Source: Phoronis australis (lineage: Eukaryota; Animalia; Phoronida). From it: DNA of 64,000 nucleotides. Every line of letters starts with the position of its first letter. Positions within the stretch are counted from its first letter, which is position 1. Shown piece after piece: positions 26,366-39,209 of the stretch. The stretch is from assembly GCA_002633005.1 (NCBI GenBank), contig NMRA01000142.1, forward strand, positions 1 to 64,000. Reading direction: 5' to 3'. The position numbers were made by a program, and so were the translations under genes. The notes below the pieces were generated by a model. It searched no databases. It had not been told where the DNA came from and was given only the letters and a program-made list of their open reading frames with translations.

Positions 26366-26649
26366 AATTCATAGAAAATTCAGGTTTCTAAACCTGGACA
26401 ATCGTCAAATCTGAATTAAACTGAACGGCAATGATCTTTCTTTACTGCACAAAATACGCTTGAATTGTGGCCTGCGATTTTGTTATCTCCAAACAAGTCT
26501 GCGACCAGATTGGTAAATTCGCCTGCCTCGAAACTTTTGGTTACGTCAGACGTACTTTTCAAATTTCTAGAAAATCTGCAATTATGGATAAACCGTTTAA
26601 TTTGAAAATTGAATATATCCATAAAGGTTCAGCATATTTTTTAATGCTA

Positions 26650-26789
26650 CGAGAGGCAGATCCAGGATTTTGAATTGGGGGAGCCAGGATTTTGCCCGCT
26701 AGACATTCGCATCCACGAACTTCAAAATGGAATATGGGAGAATTTTAAGGGGGGCATGGTCCCCTTGGCCCCCTCTAAATCCGTCATTG
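26650..26789 (+). mobile_element. MITE, same family as 16-287 and 56314-56472
   Basis: Shared GATCCAGGATTTTGA...GGGAGAATTTTA.GGGGG.CATGG..CCC...CTAAATCCG.CA.TG sequence. Confidence 0.65.
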
Positions 26790-28089
26790 AACATGGCTTA
26801 TTCTCGTTGGTTAACAGAATGAATGGTTGAAAAATAGCATTCAAACATTCCGATTGGTTGGTGTTCGGAAATTCACCAGTATGCTGTTCCATCTATTTAG
26901 AAGTGCTTTGTGGCTCGTGGATGCTGCAATCACAAGAACTGACTAAATCGATGCATGTCTAGCAAGCTATTTTCACGCGACAAGATCATTACAAGGCCTC
27001 TAAACAACAGAATGGTTCGCTATGCTTTTCCAGTTCGTTCCCGTACCATACGTATGCGACTAACGTCCACACCAAAACATGCTCAATTATGCCCTCTGTG
27101 TGTCGTTCGTCATCATTTCACATGGTCACATTTAAATATAGGTGGCGCTGTGACAGAGAGTGGGAGGACCGACCTTCGTTGCTAAGTTAATTAGCGTCAT
27201 TTTTATTACAAATCAGATGTCAGAACATGCCGTTAACTAATCTAGCAGAGCACAAGCTGTTTCGTGACCATGTTCGAAAACAGGTGACAAGCTAAAGTTA
27301 ATTTCGTGAGCGGTTAGCAAAAGCGCTTACACACTGAGCGTGATTACCTTTTGTCTTCTCTTGAAAATTGTGATGCAATAGAATAATAACTAATTTTCAA
27401 AACAGTAATATATGCGGATATACAGAAATAAATTTTCAAACTTCGCATTGCAGAATACTTCACGATTCAGGGCATCGGATACTAATAAAGATGACACAAC
27501 TTTAGTTAAATCTTCCAATACAAATTCCAAATAAAGTGGTTTTGTTTTATTTATACAGCAACCTTGATCTTGTCGAATTGTTTGCTTTATGGGGTGTGAT
27601 TATAATCTCTGGTTAAGTGGCGTGTTGCCCTATTACATCACTTGGCGTTATCAGGAGTCGAAAATTGTTATACAATGAGATAATAAGACCCACACAGCAA
27701 TGCGAAAATTTTGACAATAAATATGAATTACGAAGATGAAGAATTCAGAACCCATCGAAAGCGTTCGGATGAATGCATTTTGACTGATACTCTATCGAAA
27801 TAAGTAAGTATGTAAGTAATTAAGTAAAGTAAGTAAGTAAAATAAGTAAGGATATTGCGATATTGTGGTTAAAAACAGCGAGATTCAAGACTCGCTATGC
27901 AATCCGCATAATTCAATAGGTTATATAACGTTCATAAATACACTAAACAACAGAGGACCCAAATACAGGATGCGGAGGAGGATCCTGATAGTTGCATGCC
28001 GACAAAGGTCAAGAGAAGAAAATGAAAAATCACGTGGAACCCAGAAAACAAGCTATGCCGTGACGCAGATTCGAACCAGCGACAAAGAC

Positions 28090-29373
28090 ATTAATCTCAT
28101 TTACAACCACTATTAATCTTGACATAACTTGTCCTTTGTCAGGAGTTGGCGATTTTTAAAAAATGAAAACAACACATTTTGACATCTTATAGCTCTGCTC
28201 TGGTAAAAGAAAAACAATTTGAAGTAGTCAATCCTAACTAAAAATATTGCGTTTTTGCCTGTAGTGGCCTTTTAATTCATTACAAAATCAATCGCAGCTT
28301 AAATTTGATTTTCACATTTTGCTACCATTGCATAACTACCTTTTCAAATTTTCTTTAAAAAACTTATAACATTTTCGCACTTTATAACCAACTTTTCTAA
28401 ATCATGAGAAACCAGGAATTAATTAAACATGCAGAGCTCAGTGACCCTGCAACTATGGTGATGACCAGCTACTGACTATATTCTATGTATCTCTCATTTC
28501 ACTCTATGGATGTTACCTGAGCTGTATGTTGGCACTTGTTGTCCTAAATTGTTGTAAATATGATCCTGATGATGTCTAATGAAAAGACGAAACGTTGAAT
28601 TGAACATGAACTTTTTTATTTGTGCGGCGATCGTCCGGTTTTTAATACGTTTAGCTGCTGTGCCTTGGTTGACGTACTGAATGAACTTGGTATATTGACC
28701 AACTTTCCACGTTTTTGCTTCAAAAGTAAACAATAAATNATTAATCTCATTTACAACCACAATTAATCTTGACATAACTTGTCATTTGTCAGGAGTTGGC
28801 GATTTTTAGAAAATGAAAACAACACATTTTGACATCTTATAGCTCTTCTCTGGTAAAAGAAAACAATTTGAAGTAGCCAATCCTAACTAAAAATATTGCG
28901 TTTTTGTCGGTAGTGGCCTTTTAATTCATTACAAAATCAATCGCAGCTTAAATTTGATTTTCACATTTTGCTACCATTGCATACTTACCTATTCAAATTT
29001 TCTTTAAAAAACTTATAACATTTTCGCACTTTATCACCAACCTTTCTAAATCATGAGAAACCAGGAATTAATTAAACATGCAGAGCTCAGTGACCACGCA
29101 ACTATGGTGACTATATTCTATGTATCTCTCATTTCACTCTATGGATGTTACCTGAGCTGTATGTTGGCACTTGTTGTCCTAAATTGTTGTAAATATGATC
29201 CTGATGATGTCTAATGAAAAGACGAAACGTTGAATTGAACATGAACTTTTTTATTTGTGCGGCGATCGTCCGGTTTTTAATACGTTTAGCTGCTGTGCGT
29301 TGGTTGACGTACTGAATGGACTTGGTATATTGACCAACTTTCCACGTTTTTGTTTAAAAAGTCAACAATAAAT
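28090..29373. repeat. ~640-bp direct duplication (28090-28738 vs 28740-29373) joined by a single N
   Basis: Colinear near-identical copies starting ATTAATCTCATTTACAACCAC. N at 28739. Confidence 0.95.
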
Positions 29374-29770
29374 GTTTGAAAACGATTTCAATGATATCAG
29401 GGTTTAAACGAAGTAGTGTATGCCCCACTGTTATTTTTTGTAAGGGCCCATCAAGAGATCTTGTTTCCTGCTTCCTTTTTTAGAATTCACGGTCAAGTTT
29501 CACAATCCGACTATAAACTCTGTACTAACAGAAATTATGGCTCCCGGGAGAGAGGATCCAGAAATATTTCCAGCCGACGTAAGTATGTATACGTGTATAT
29601 CTAATTTTCTCGTTCACCAGCCAGATTTCCTAGTGAATACTATTGCTACATCTCGCAACTACAACCCGTTAGTCAAGACTCCATTATTACCGGGGTTTTC
29701 CGTAGATAAGCCCACCCGATGAAACGCCCATGGGCGTTTATTCGGAAAACCATGCCGAATAAACGCCCAT

Positions 29771-29993
29771 GGGGAGGCAGTGTGACCTAGTGTGATAGGT
29801 GCCCGCTTTCTTTACTCGAGGTCGTGGGTTCGAGTCCCGCTGTGCTACACTGCTAAACCCTTGAGTAAGGTTTCTAGCTCCTCAGCTCGGTTTTAACTGT
29901 ATATCAATAAAGCACAAAAATAGTTCCAGGTGATCAGTGCCATGGACGTCTGGTACAACGTGTACCAGACCGCCTGCAATTATTATTATTATT
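29771..29993 (+). mobile_element. tRNA-derived SINE
   Basis: tRNA-like head (GGGGAGGCAGTGTGACCTAGTG A-box-like, GGTTCGAGTCCC B box), unrelated body, (TTA)n tail. Confidence 0.75.
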
Positions 29994-29999
29994 TTAAAC

Positions 30000-30177
30000 C
30001 CATTGTTTCGTCTCTTTTTAGTAAGCACTGCCCCATAAATCGCTAGTTCTCATTGCATACATTCACCAGTAAGACCGAGCTCGGAGAGGAGACACCTTTG
30101 TGCAATGGTAGGCCACTATTTGAACCCGGGTCTCTCAAACGGGAGTCCGGAGCTAAAACCGCTGAGCCACGCAGTCT
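30000..30177 (-). mobile_element. Degenerate tRNA-derived SINE
   Basis: Minus-strand A box TGGCTCAGCGG and B-box-like GGTTCAAAT at tRNA spacing. No complete cloverleaf. Confidence 0.5.
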
Positions 30178-32269
30178 TTAACAATAACAGGACATTTGCA
30201 CTCTTGGAACATAGACATATGTATACATGTGCGACTTCATAGATCCGAAGACGGTTGGTCTTCTGTTAAAAGTTCAAGCAGTCATGATTGCAACTTGTAA
30301 TATATATAAGAGCGGCAACATTAAACAAGACTAACTGAGGTAGGCCCATTTCGGACACATCCCCATTTCGGTGATCGTTAAGGACACGCCTCGAGTTACA
30401 TGTTACTAAAAGGGTCAAGTGCCGGATAACGGAATTAAAAACAAACCCTTCCAACTTGTGGTCTTCGCATTGGGTGTTTCGTTGGACTGTCCTGCCTGTG
30501 ATCCTTGCGCGAGCCGTTCGTGGAAATGAAACAGGTCATTTTCTGCGTCCCATTTTAGCCTAGGATAGTCAAGTCCTCTTCACGTTAGCTTCAGCTTTAA
30601 AATAAGTGCCCAAGAGCATGAAAAGGACGACTCTAGGGTCACTGACTCTGATCTTCCAAAAAGTTTGTATGTTGACATATCTTGGTGAGGTGTGTTTATT
30701 TTAGATTTTTGGAGCTATTGTCATTTAGTTACAGCATCATGAATATTTTGACTCCACACTAACCCATGGGATGCAGTAACTAAGATATATTTTAAACAGT
30801 AAAGCGCAATACGGAATAAAAGTTATATAATGTATGAGAAAAAAAACGTTATCAGATGGTTATCGTTAACCTTAAGCAGAGCACCAAAGTTCCATAAATT
30901 TTGCCCATTTTTACACTAGAGTTTTATCCACCTTTAAAGAGCGTTAGAGGTCAGTTTAGGGTATTTTGGTGATTTCAAATGTTACATGTAGTTTCCATCA
31001 ATTTACCGTACAAAAATAGAAAAATAGACGTTTTGTTTGTTTCGAAGCATCAGTCCAAGGAACAATCATCGAGTAATTCACACTACTTGACCACGACAGG
31101 CTGCAGCTATGCCTCATAAACCTCTTAAGTTAGTGAATACGTTTCTAGTCTGAAGGTGAAAACTGTCGACGTTGATTTGCATATACGTGTTTTACAACGC
31201 CAAGCTCCCTTTTGCAGTTTTAGTACTTGACGTCTGTTTCTAACTACTAAGTTTTTCGATGAACCTTCATAAAATTTGTCGTACATTCTTTTATCAGAGA
31301 GACGATGACAATTTCATACTGCCTAAGAGTCTAACATGTGCTTCGCCTTCGACAACAATTATAGTCTTTTGGTAACCGTTTTTTGGCGTACGCACGTTTG
31401 TGTTGACGCGCACTAAGGATCAAATTCGTCAAGATATGTAGGCTTAGACAATGGGTTTCCGACGGATAGAGCTATTATTGTGCCCTTAGTGGCAAAGCTT
31501 TGTGATTATGCCTCAGTAGGTACAGATTTTCTTGATGTATCTTCATGAAGTTGGCACAGTGATCCTAAGTTGCTATCAATGATTGGACGATTTTCTGATT
31601 GGTGGCAATGATAAACTTCGACGATCATTTTGTTACCTGTTGAACGACTCATGCTCATGAAAATCAACAGTTATGATTTTATAATTGAGAGGACGTTATC
31701 CATCAATTTCAGGACAACTTCAGCTGAACTACATAGAGGCTAGCGGAAAATAATGTTTTACCGCGCTCAGATGTCGAATTTACATTTATAGGTCGTCTGA
31801 CTAGAAGGGTGATCAACTTCTTTAAGCGAGGCATCATCTGTTTGTGGTTTTAAAGTAAATCTGATAACATTAAAATGCAGAAGATTAATATTTCGACCAA
31901 TCACGTGTGATCGTGCCCAAACAGAGTCTATACACACAAGTTACAACATGGAATATGGTTTAATTCTCAAAATGAGAAGGCCGACTTGCCGCCTGATTCG
32001 GGGGCGGGCGATTAAAAGGCAGGTCATCCGTCTGACGAGCATTTGAGATTTACATGTGACATTTTCAGGCAGCGGATCGCACGTATGGTCTCCCTTCTGA
32101 TCGAACAGGATGTGAATGTCTAAAATCTCCTCGTTCGTCTGTTTGTCATGCACACGGACGGTGTATATAAACGTTCTCTTGAAGGCTTTAGTCATTCAAA
32201 CTTCCTGTCCACATGTAGACATTGTATTTTGAAAGCGTATCGTGGGTGTTGAAGAACAGAAAGTTGCAA

Positions 32270-32690
32270 ATGGACCTTCTCTGTCACTCTTGTCTTCAAG
32301 AAAGGAAAGAAATTTGAGGATGGCAACTGTCGACCAATCTCTCTCACATCAATTGCCTCTAAACTCCTGCAACATATAATCGTTAGTAACCTTATGTCTC
32401 ACCCTTCTAACCATAACATCTTATATGACTTCCAACATAGATTCAGTTCTAATAGGTTTTGCGAAACACAATTGCTGCAATTCACCAATGATATTGTGAA
32501 AAACTTGCCATGTGGTGCCCAGACTGACAATCTCATTGCGGATTTCTCTAAAGCTTTTGACAAAGTCAATCACCTATGTCTTTTTAGGAAACCCGGGACA
32601 TACGGTATCTGAGGTGAAACTAGCACCTGGTTTAAATCCTTACTGAGTAATAGATCACAGTGCCTGGTTGTTAACGTTAAGAGATCTGGG
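32270..32690 (+). mobile_element. CR1-group LINE reverse transcriptase fragment
   Basis: VTLVFKKG..NCRPISLTSIASKLLQHI...QH.FS..RFCETQL...DFSKAFDKVNH...GI*GE...WFKSLL.NRSQ, with an in-frame stop. Confidence 0.9.
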
Positions 32691-35600
32691 GTACATTTCA
32701 TGGATCCTTCTCTGTCTCAGCTTAGACCGAAATCTCCATTAAATTCTGAACAACTTTTATGCTGTCTTCCTTTCTGTGAAATTAACATTTTCCCTTCAAA
32801 TTGTTAGGTCATCAGTCTGGGTGACCTTCATAACAGCCCAGTCTACAACAGTAGTGGTGACCTACTTAGCTCAGCACACCGTGAGTGAAAGTAGTCCGAA
32901 TAGAGGCTCATCAGGATCAGGTTAAAATGTTCATATGTGATTTTTTAAGAGGAAGAAGAAAACGTATTAAAAATGAAAAAACTTCTCTCCCCAGTTACGT
33001 TAGTGAAGCATTACTGTACTTTTGCCAAAAACCGCGGTGATTTTTCCTGCTTCAGATCGATCTATGGCTCTCATCTCATACGTGTTTTAAAGTCTGTTCT
33101 CACAAATACAGTTGACATTCCAGGGCTAGAGTCAGACGAATAGAAAGGGACTGAATTCCGAAGTGGAGGTTTGTGACGAAAAAAATGTAGTTCACAAGAA
33201 AAGAATGGCATTCATGAGAAAAGAAAGCCATAAATGAGAACGCTTGTACGGAACGTGAGGGAAGGTAATTGTGTACGCTGAAGTGTTGCTATAACCTCAA
33301 ACCCTCAATTTAAAAGAATATCTAACAAATCACAGCTAAATCAAATGGAGAATAATGTACAAATCAAAAATTCAAATTGAAGACAAATACTGCATGATAT
33401 TTAACCAATTCTGACCGAAGGTGAAATATGATTTTTACTGGAGCACAAGAAAAAGACATACAATAATAGTACAGAGAATTAGACCAGAAAATGAACCATG
33501 ATATCAAGGCAGTGTTAAATTATTTAAGTAAAAATATAACAATGGGCAGTAATACAAAGAAAATAACAAAAGGAAAACATTCGGAATTAAGGAGCCAACG
33601 TATTTTAGTATCAATACCCCGGGCTTCTCTTGTTAACATACATGTACGCGGAGCATTGATGACACCCACGGTATGCAGCGCACATACGGCAAATAAAAGG
33701 GATGATTCTCACTAAAGAAAACAGTGCTAATAAACTTGAAATAGCCTCTAGATAGCAAGTCAGCAATTCTCTCCTCAATAGGAACACACCTGCCAAGATT
33801 GGAAAAATAACCTAAAACTGCCACCATGGGTCGCAATGGTAGTCAGATTCGTTTAAAAGTCGTCGTCATCCGTTGACACGTTCATAGAAATTCTCGTGTT
33901 CAATTTCACAAAGAACCTGCAGGGGCTTAGGAGAAACAACTGCGGATACAAAAACAAAGTGCTTCTAGAGGGCGGCACAGAGCAGACAAAACTGTCAAAA
34001 AATCATCATCAGCCATGTTTTTCTCAGTTGGAACAGATTTACCAACTTTCATAGCGATTCTTAGAGTGGTTTGGCCGAAGAGAGATGGACACCAAAAACG
34101 GACTGAAAAACAATACAAACGGCTTCTAGGAGGCGTACGTTATGTTAAATCCATTTGAAAACGAGAAAGTGTCATTGCCTCTTAGATAGAAACCTATTCG
34201 CCAAATTTCATAAAATCCTGTCAAGGAAATCCAAAGACAGAGGAAATGGAAAATTAAAATTGACAATATTGAGCACAGCGGTAACCGAATCGAACCAAAA
34301 GTCATCTTCACCCGTTGTCACCTTCATACAAATACACCTGCCTTAACAAAATTCAGACGGTGAAATGGAGTTTGGAGATAACAGATAGCACTTCAAAACC
34401 TCAAATGAAACAATAATTACTTGTTCTTTCTGATTGAATCCATTGAAAACATCATTAAGTTGCAAAAATCATTCATTGACATAAATTGTCAGCAAAATAT
34501 GATAAAGAGATTACATAAATTGGTCCACGCATCCAAGATCTATCTATTTGCATACCCTTCATTAACCACTTCGCTGCAAACTGACTTGTGGTATCACCAC
34601 TTTCAACTGTTCAAAAAGTGCTTTCAGATTTATCTTCCCTGTCACGTGATGCATGAAAATTTGTTAATTTAATGTTAGGTGGAAGTGATTTTGTACCCTC
34701 CTAATCACTATATATCTTTTCTCACATCACATGCAATGTACCTGTTTTGATACTACTTGAAATTTGTTTTTCGCTTGCAAAACTGTGCCACGGGTACTTT
34801 TGTTGTAAATACTTGAAGACCTATAAGTCAAAGGTTAAGTGGTCAACAAGTACGAAATTAGTGACTTTTGAATCCGATCCACACCATTGCTACATGCTCA
34901 AAGTTTAAAGTGAATCCGAAATATGACCCCCAGAGTGATTTTTATCTCCTTAGTTTTGTCTTGAAATGGCTGATAAAATGTATGCAGTAGGCCGTGTCCC
35001 CATGTAAACCCGAAGTGTGTGATGTTGTGCAAGCAGTATCTGATTGTTCTGTAACCCTTGACCAGGAGTCCGAGGTTGACTCTCAATGAGGATGTACTGA
35101 ATGGGCTTACCGCGACAACATTGTTTACTCTAACGTGCACATTTGGCATGGGATTAAATTGATGCCGACGTGATCGATAGCTAGGGTAAGGCTTGGGGGG
35201 GGCCATAAGAAGGGCGTTTTATATTTTCAATGAGCTCCCAGTCCTGTCCCATTGTAAGTGAAAAAGCTCTATTCTCTTTCAATGAACACTTCACTTATCT
35301 CACTTATGAATTAAAGCTAAGCCACTTTTTTCTAATTTCTTCCCTTGATTCTCATTCATGCCCGTGTAAAACTTGTTTGATTGCTTGATACTAGCTGATG
35401 CCTGCCTGAAGCTCATCCGAAGCTTTTCAGTCGATTTTTGACACTACCTTTAGCTAGACACGTAACCCATCTGTAAATAAGTACTTATATACCCCGGTAC
35501 ACGCTCGACAAAGTTGAAAAACCTTGGAACACAATTTTGCTCAAATATTTCAAATTAAAATCGTACCTGTGGTCATTTCAAGTTCTAAATGAAGAAAATA

Positions 35601-36059
35601 CCATACCAGTTCCTAACCAAAACATAAAAAGTCATTTAATGAAAGAAGTCGGCAGTATATGCAGAAATGTCAACATTTTCGAACACAATTGTCTTGCTCT
35701 CGACGCCATTTTATTGCGGAGCAAAACTGCCGTAAGTTGATGTCGTGATTTGTGAAAGACGTCAAAGTTAACCTAATTGATGACCTAGTTTTTACTTGAA
35801 TGCCATTGCTTGATTTAGAAAAAAGAGCAACCCGTGAGATCTTATTCTGGCGGAAGCGGAACAAGACGTCAAAGTCTCCATTTTGGAGGTGGTCTTTTTA
35901 TCCACAAATTTCTTTAATTTTGGATTGTCTTGTGTAGGAAACGTGAACACAACAGAGGATGAATATTTTATAATCCAGGAATGTTTTTAAACTATGGTGA
36001 AGGTCGCACATTCCACATTTCGTCAAATTTCTTTGAAAACCGCCGTTTGCAAAAAACTG

Positions 36060-36750
36060 CAAGAAGTGCCAGCACATGTGAGTAGCCTTGGTTTGTGACT
36101 GCCTATGGCCGGTGTGCGATAAATTTGCTCGCTTGACTAGTTCCTACAGGGAACCATTTGGAAAACCGGAGCCTCAAATTATTGCTCGGAGTACGCGAAA
36201 GAATTTGGGTGATTTCGTAGCTTCATTTACTCCATCGAAGGTGAACGTTAGTTGCGCATATGCACATTTTAGTCCCATGGCAAGTCACATGACTTTCAAA
36301 CTTGGGAATGATTGGTCGTGTGACTGAAGTTAGCTTATTAGCAGAAAAAATTAACCTCCGGTGGAGGGTACGTTTGAGGCTGTGAAAGTAACGGAGGGTA
36401 TTCAGATACCTTCGGAGGTGTTTCGTATATGCGAATGTGCGAATTTCAATGATTACAGCAAAAGAGATTTGTCAATAGACGACTTAGTAAAATCATGGCG
36501 TCAGCCATATAGGTCTCAAAAGTCGTACCTGAAACCATTATCAATCCTTGGTCTGCCTCCTGATGTAAATGTATTGTTAACTCTTATTTAAGCGCGTTAA
36601 ATGACAGAGTTTTCCTGGCGCATTCGGCGGCATTCTCCGTTTTGGGTTCCACGTGACTTGTAATAATTGAAGGTCTAACATGCTCACAGATGAAACGCAG
36701 CGATAAGGCCACGGAAATACCCGAAGCGTTCTGGATGACTGAGGTCTAGT
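36060..36750 (+). mobile_element. Decayed BEL/Pao LTR retrotransposon fragment
   Basis: CLWPVCDKFARLTSSYREPF resembles the BEL gag knuckle region. YLKPLSILGLPPDVNVLLTLI...TEIPEAFWMTEV resembles the BEL LLIGxDxPEAFW motif after the protease. Confidence 0.45.
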
Positions 36751-37407
36751 CGATTCTAATCTCCTGTAACTAGTAAATCAACTTAAAATTTACTTCAAGC
36801 AACTTGTAACGAAGACTGGCCATACAGGAGCACAGAGTGGTCACTAAACAATGTAATTTTCTATTATTTCTAACAGCAGCACCTCTATGTTACAGCTTTC
36901 TCCACGAATGCTACGCCGATGTTAGTTCGTAGTAAATGCACAGCGTTGACGGAAACCTCATTTTACACGGACTGTACTTTTGACTTTGTAATATCCGAGG
37001 TGGTGTACAACTACAAAAGAAGAAAAATTAGGATAATTTGATTTTAAACCCTTGGAATAGAACGTGAAAAACAGATTATTCAAAGTCGTTCTCTGCCACT
37101 GAAACAAAAGTCAAACTGTTTACCTGGTATTTTTACGATTTGTTCGTTAAGATCTTAAATAACTGTTGATATCGTAGTTTGAAACTTAAAAAAAACGACC
37201 TGTCAACTGCTCGTCGGTTTTTCTTCCGCCCGACAAAGCACGTCTCTCCTTATTTGGTTTAGCAAGACATTGACGGAGCACATTTCTCTTTTATGGAAAA
37301 TGTGTCCTTTGACCATTGGTGTAAACAAAACGATGGCTATTTCAAGCAGTAGCCATTCCGACTTCTTTGAGTGCATGCGCGCATATAAATTATTAGAGGC
37401 GGAGAAT

Positions 37408-39095
37408 TGACCTATCGCGAGCTGCGCCTCTTTGCAAGAAGTCACGTGACACTTGACAAACAAACAAGATGTCAGAGGCAAATACACTGTCGGTAAACGA
37501 CGTTCCAGGTAGAATCGATGAGTGTTTTTTGCAATAACCAAAAACACTTCGAAAAAGACAGTAACCGATGCTTTTCAGCAGAGAATTGCACGTTCACGAT
37601 GTGGGAATTTGCGAAGGCGACGATAAAAAAATAAGTGCGAGGAAAAGTATTTCGGAGTCAACGAAAATCCGAAGAACCCCGAACGTGGTTTACCTTCACC
37701 TGACAAATGACATGGCCACTGATGCGATATGTTCATGTAAAGCTGGGTATATACCTTATAGTCGAATTATCTATACCATAGATTTCAGGATCTTTCGAAC
37801 AAAGTCTGCGAAGATTCACAGATATTTTTATTTTACCGTCTGCTAAATTTTGCCAAATGAAAAGTAGGTCACAACTGGTTGAACTCCCCGAGTGAAGTAG
37901 GTCGAGTCGCTACCACTGTTTACGCTTTTCTAATATTCGAACGAAATATTTTGATTTAAAAAACTCAGATTCATGGCTCAGGTACATACTCATCTTGTCA
38001 TAGATAAACAGTTAGCACCGATAGGTCTAGAGCTGTGTCCAAGTCAAATTTATGCACGGAATTGGCCGTAATTGCACCATTAAGACATTAAGTTAGGCCC
38101 ATCTTCTGATGAACGTCGCATTTTTGTAGTTTCATTGCATAAAGGTAGCTTCCAGTTAATTTTAGGCGTAGCATGATCACTAAGCTGTTGTATATTTACA
38201 ACAGATGACAAGTCTCCGGTGTTGTGGCAAAAAATGGCTGTTTACAAAATAACTCAAATTCTTTTTTCTGCTTCATAAATCTAAGTATCATGTTTGAACA
38301 ACTTCAAATGAGCTCTCTCTAACTCAACAGGCGAAGTATATACTAGAGGTTCTCATCAAAAGTAGTTCAACTGTTTATTTTTTCGTGACAACAGCTCAAA
38401 CAAGGATTTGAGGGCAGTAATCCAGTGCCTCTCCCTGTGCCGATCGAATCTCTCAATTTTGGAGAGAAGTCCAGTTGAACGCCAGCTTACGGGTATATAA
38501 ATAATAAAAATGTACCTCTGCTACGAAACAAAACGATGTCCATTAGGTCGAAATAAATGAAAATATAATAAAAATGTCATTAAAAACAACAGTTTCCGGG
38601 TATTACTGCTAGACTAGCTAGTGCTAAGATCCGGCAGCTCCCCAGACAAAGGCGGCCAGACGAGTGAAACTCCGGAGTCAAAATCAGATAGCCACCAAAC
38701 TGAAAAGTGTGTATATTGGAACAAATATATTTGCGTTTAACCTCCGAATAATCAAGCAACATTGCCAAGTTTAGCTGTTCGTGTGGCCGTTCACACAGTT
38801 TGATTTATAGTTTACACAGTCGACAACACTTTTCGGCTTGGGACAGATACCCACAAATGACGGGATATTCTTCTCCAGCTGCATAACGACTGTCGGAATT
38901 ACACACGCCATATCAACGCCGTTTCACCATTCTTGACGCACAATTTCTTGAGCCATAGACTAAAATAAGTTTTAAAAGACAACGTGTTGTTTTTCGGGTA
39001 AAATAGCGGCTTGGAAACGCAGACGAAGGTGTGTCACGAATGCTGCGTTCTGATAAGTCAGTTAAGCAGTCAGTAATAATTCTAGCGATAGGTCA
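37408..39095. mobile_element. Internally deleted ISL2EU/PHIS-type DNA transposon with convergent SWIM-protein (+) and THAP-transposase (-) remnants
   Basis: TIR TGACCTATCGC with AAT on both flanks. Plus strand 37469-37747: frameshifted YVHDV-like...FRSQRKSEEP...DAICSCKAG (SWIM). Minus strand 38930-38715: MVKR.*YGVCNSDSRY...PKPK...IKLCERPHEQLN...KYICS (THAP). Confidence 0.75.
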
Positions 39096-39209
39096 AATCG
39101 AAAACTGTATTGGCATGGAAAAGTTTTATTATATTTCGTAGGCGTTTCAAAAATAGTGAATCTGACGAGTTTTTCTACAAGTTCTTGCAATATTCAAAAT
39201 GAATAACTA

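Noticed and set aside
29771-29845. tRNA gene
   Set aside because: B box is present but there is no intact cloverleaf, and it continues into a SINE body and (TTA)n tail. The same lack of a cloverleaf applies at ~28055-28112 and ~30105-30177.
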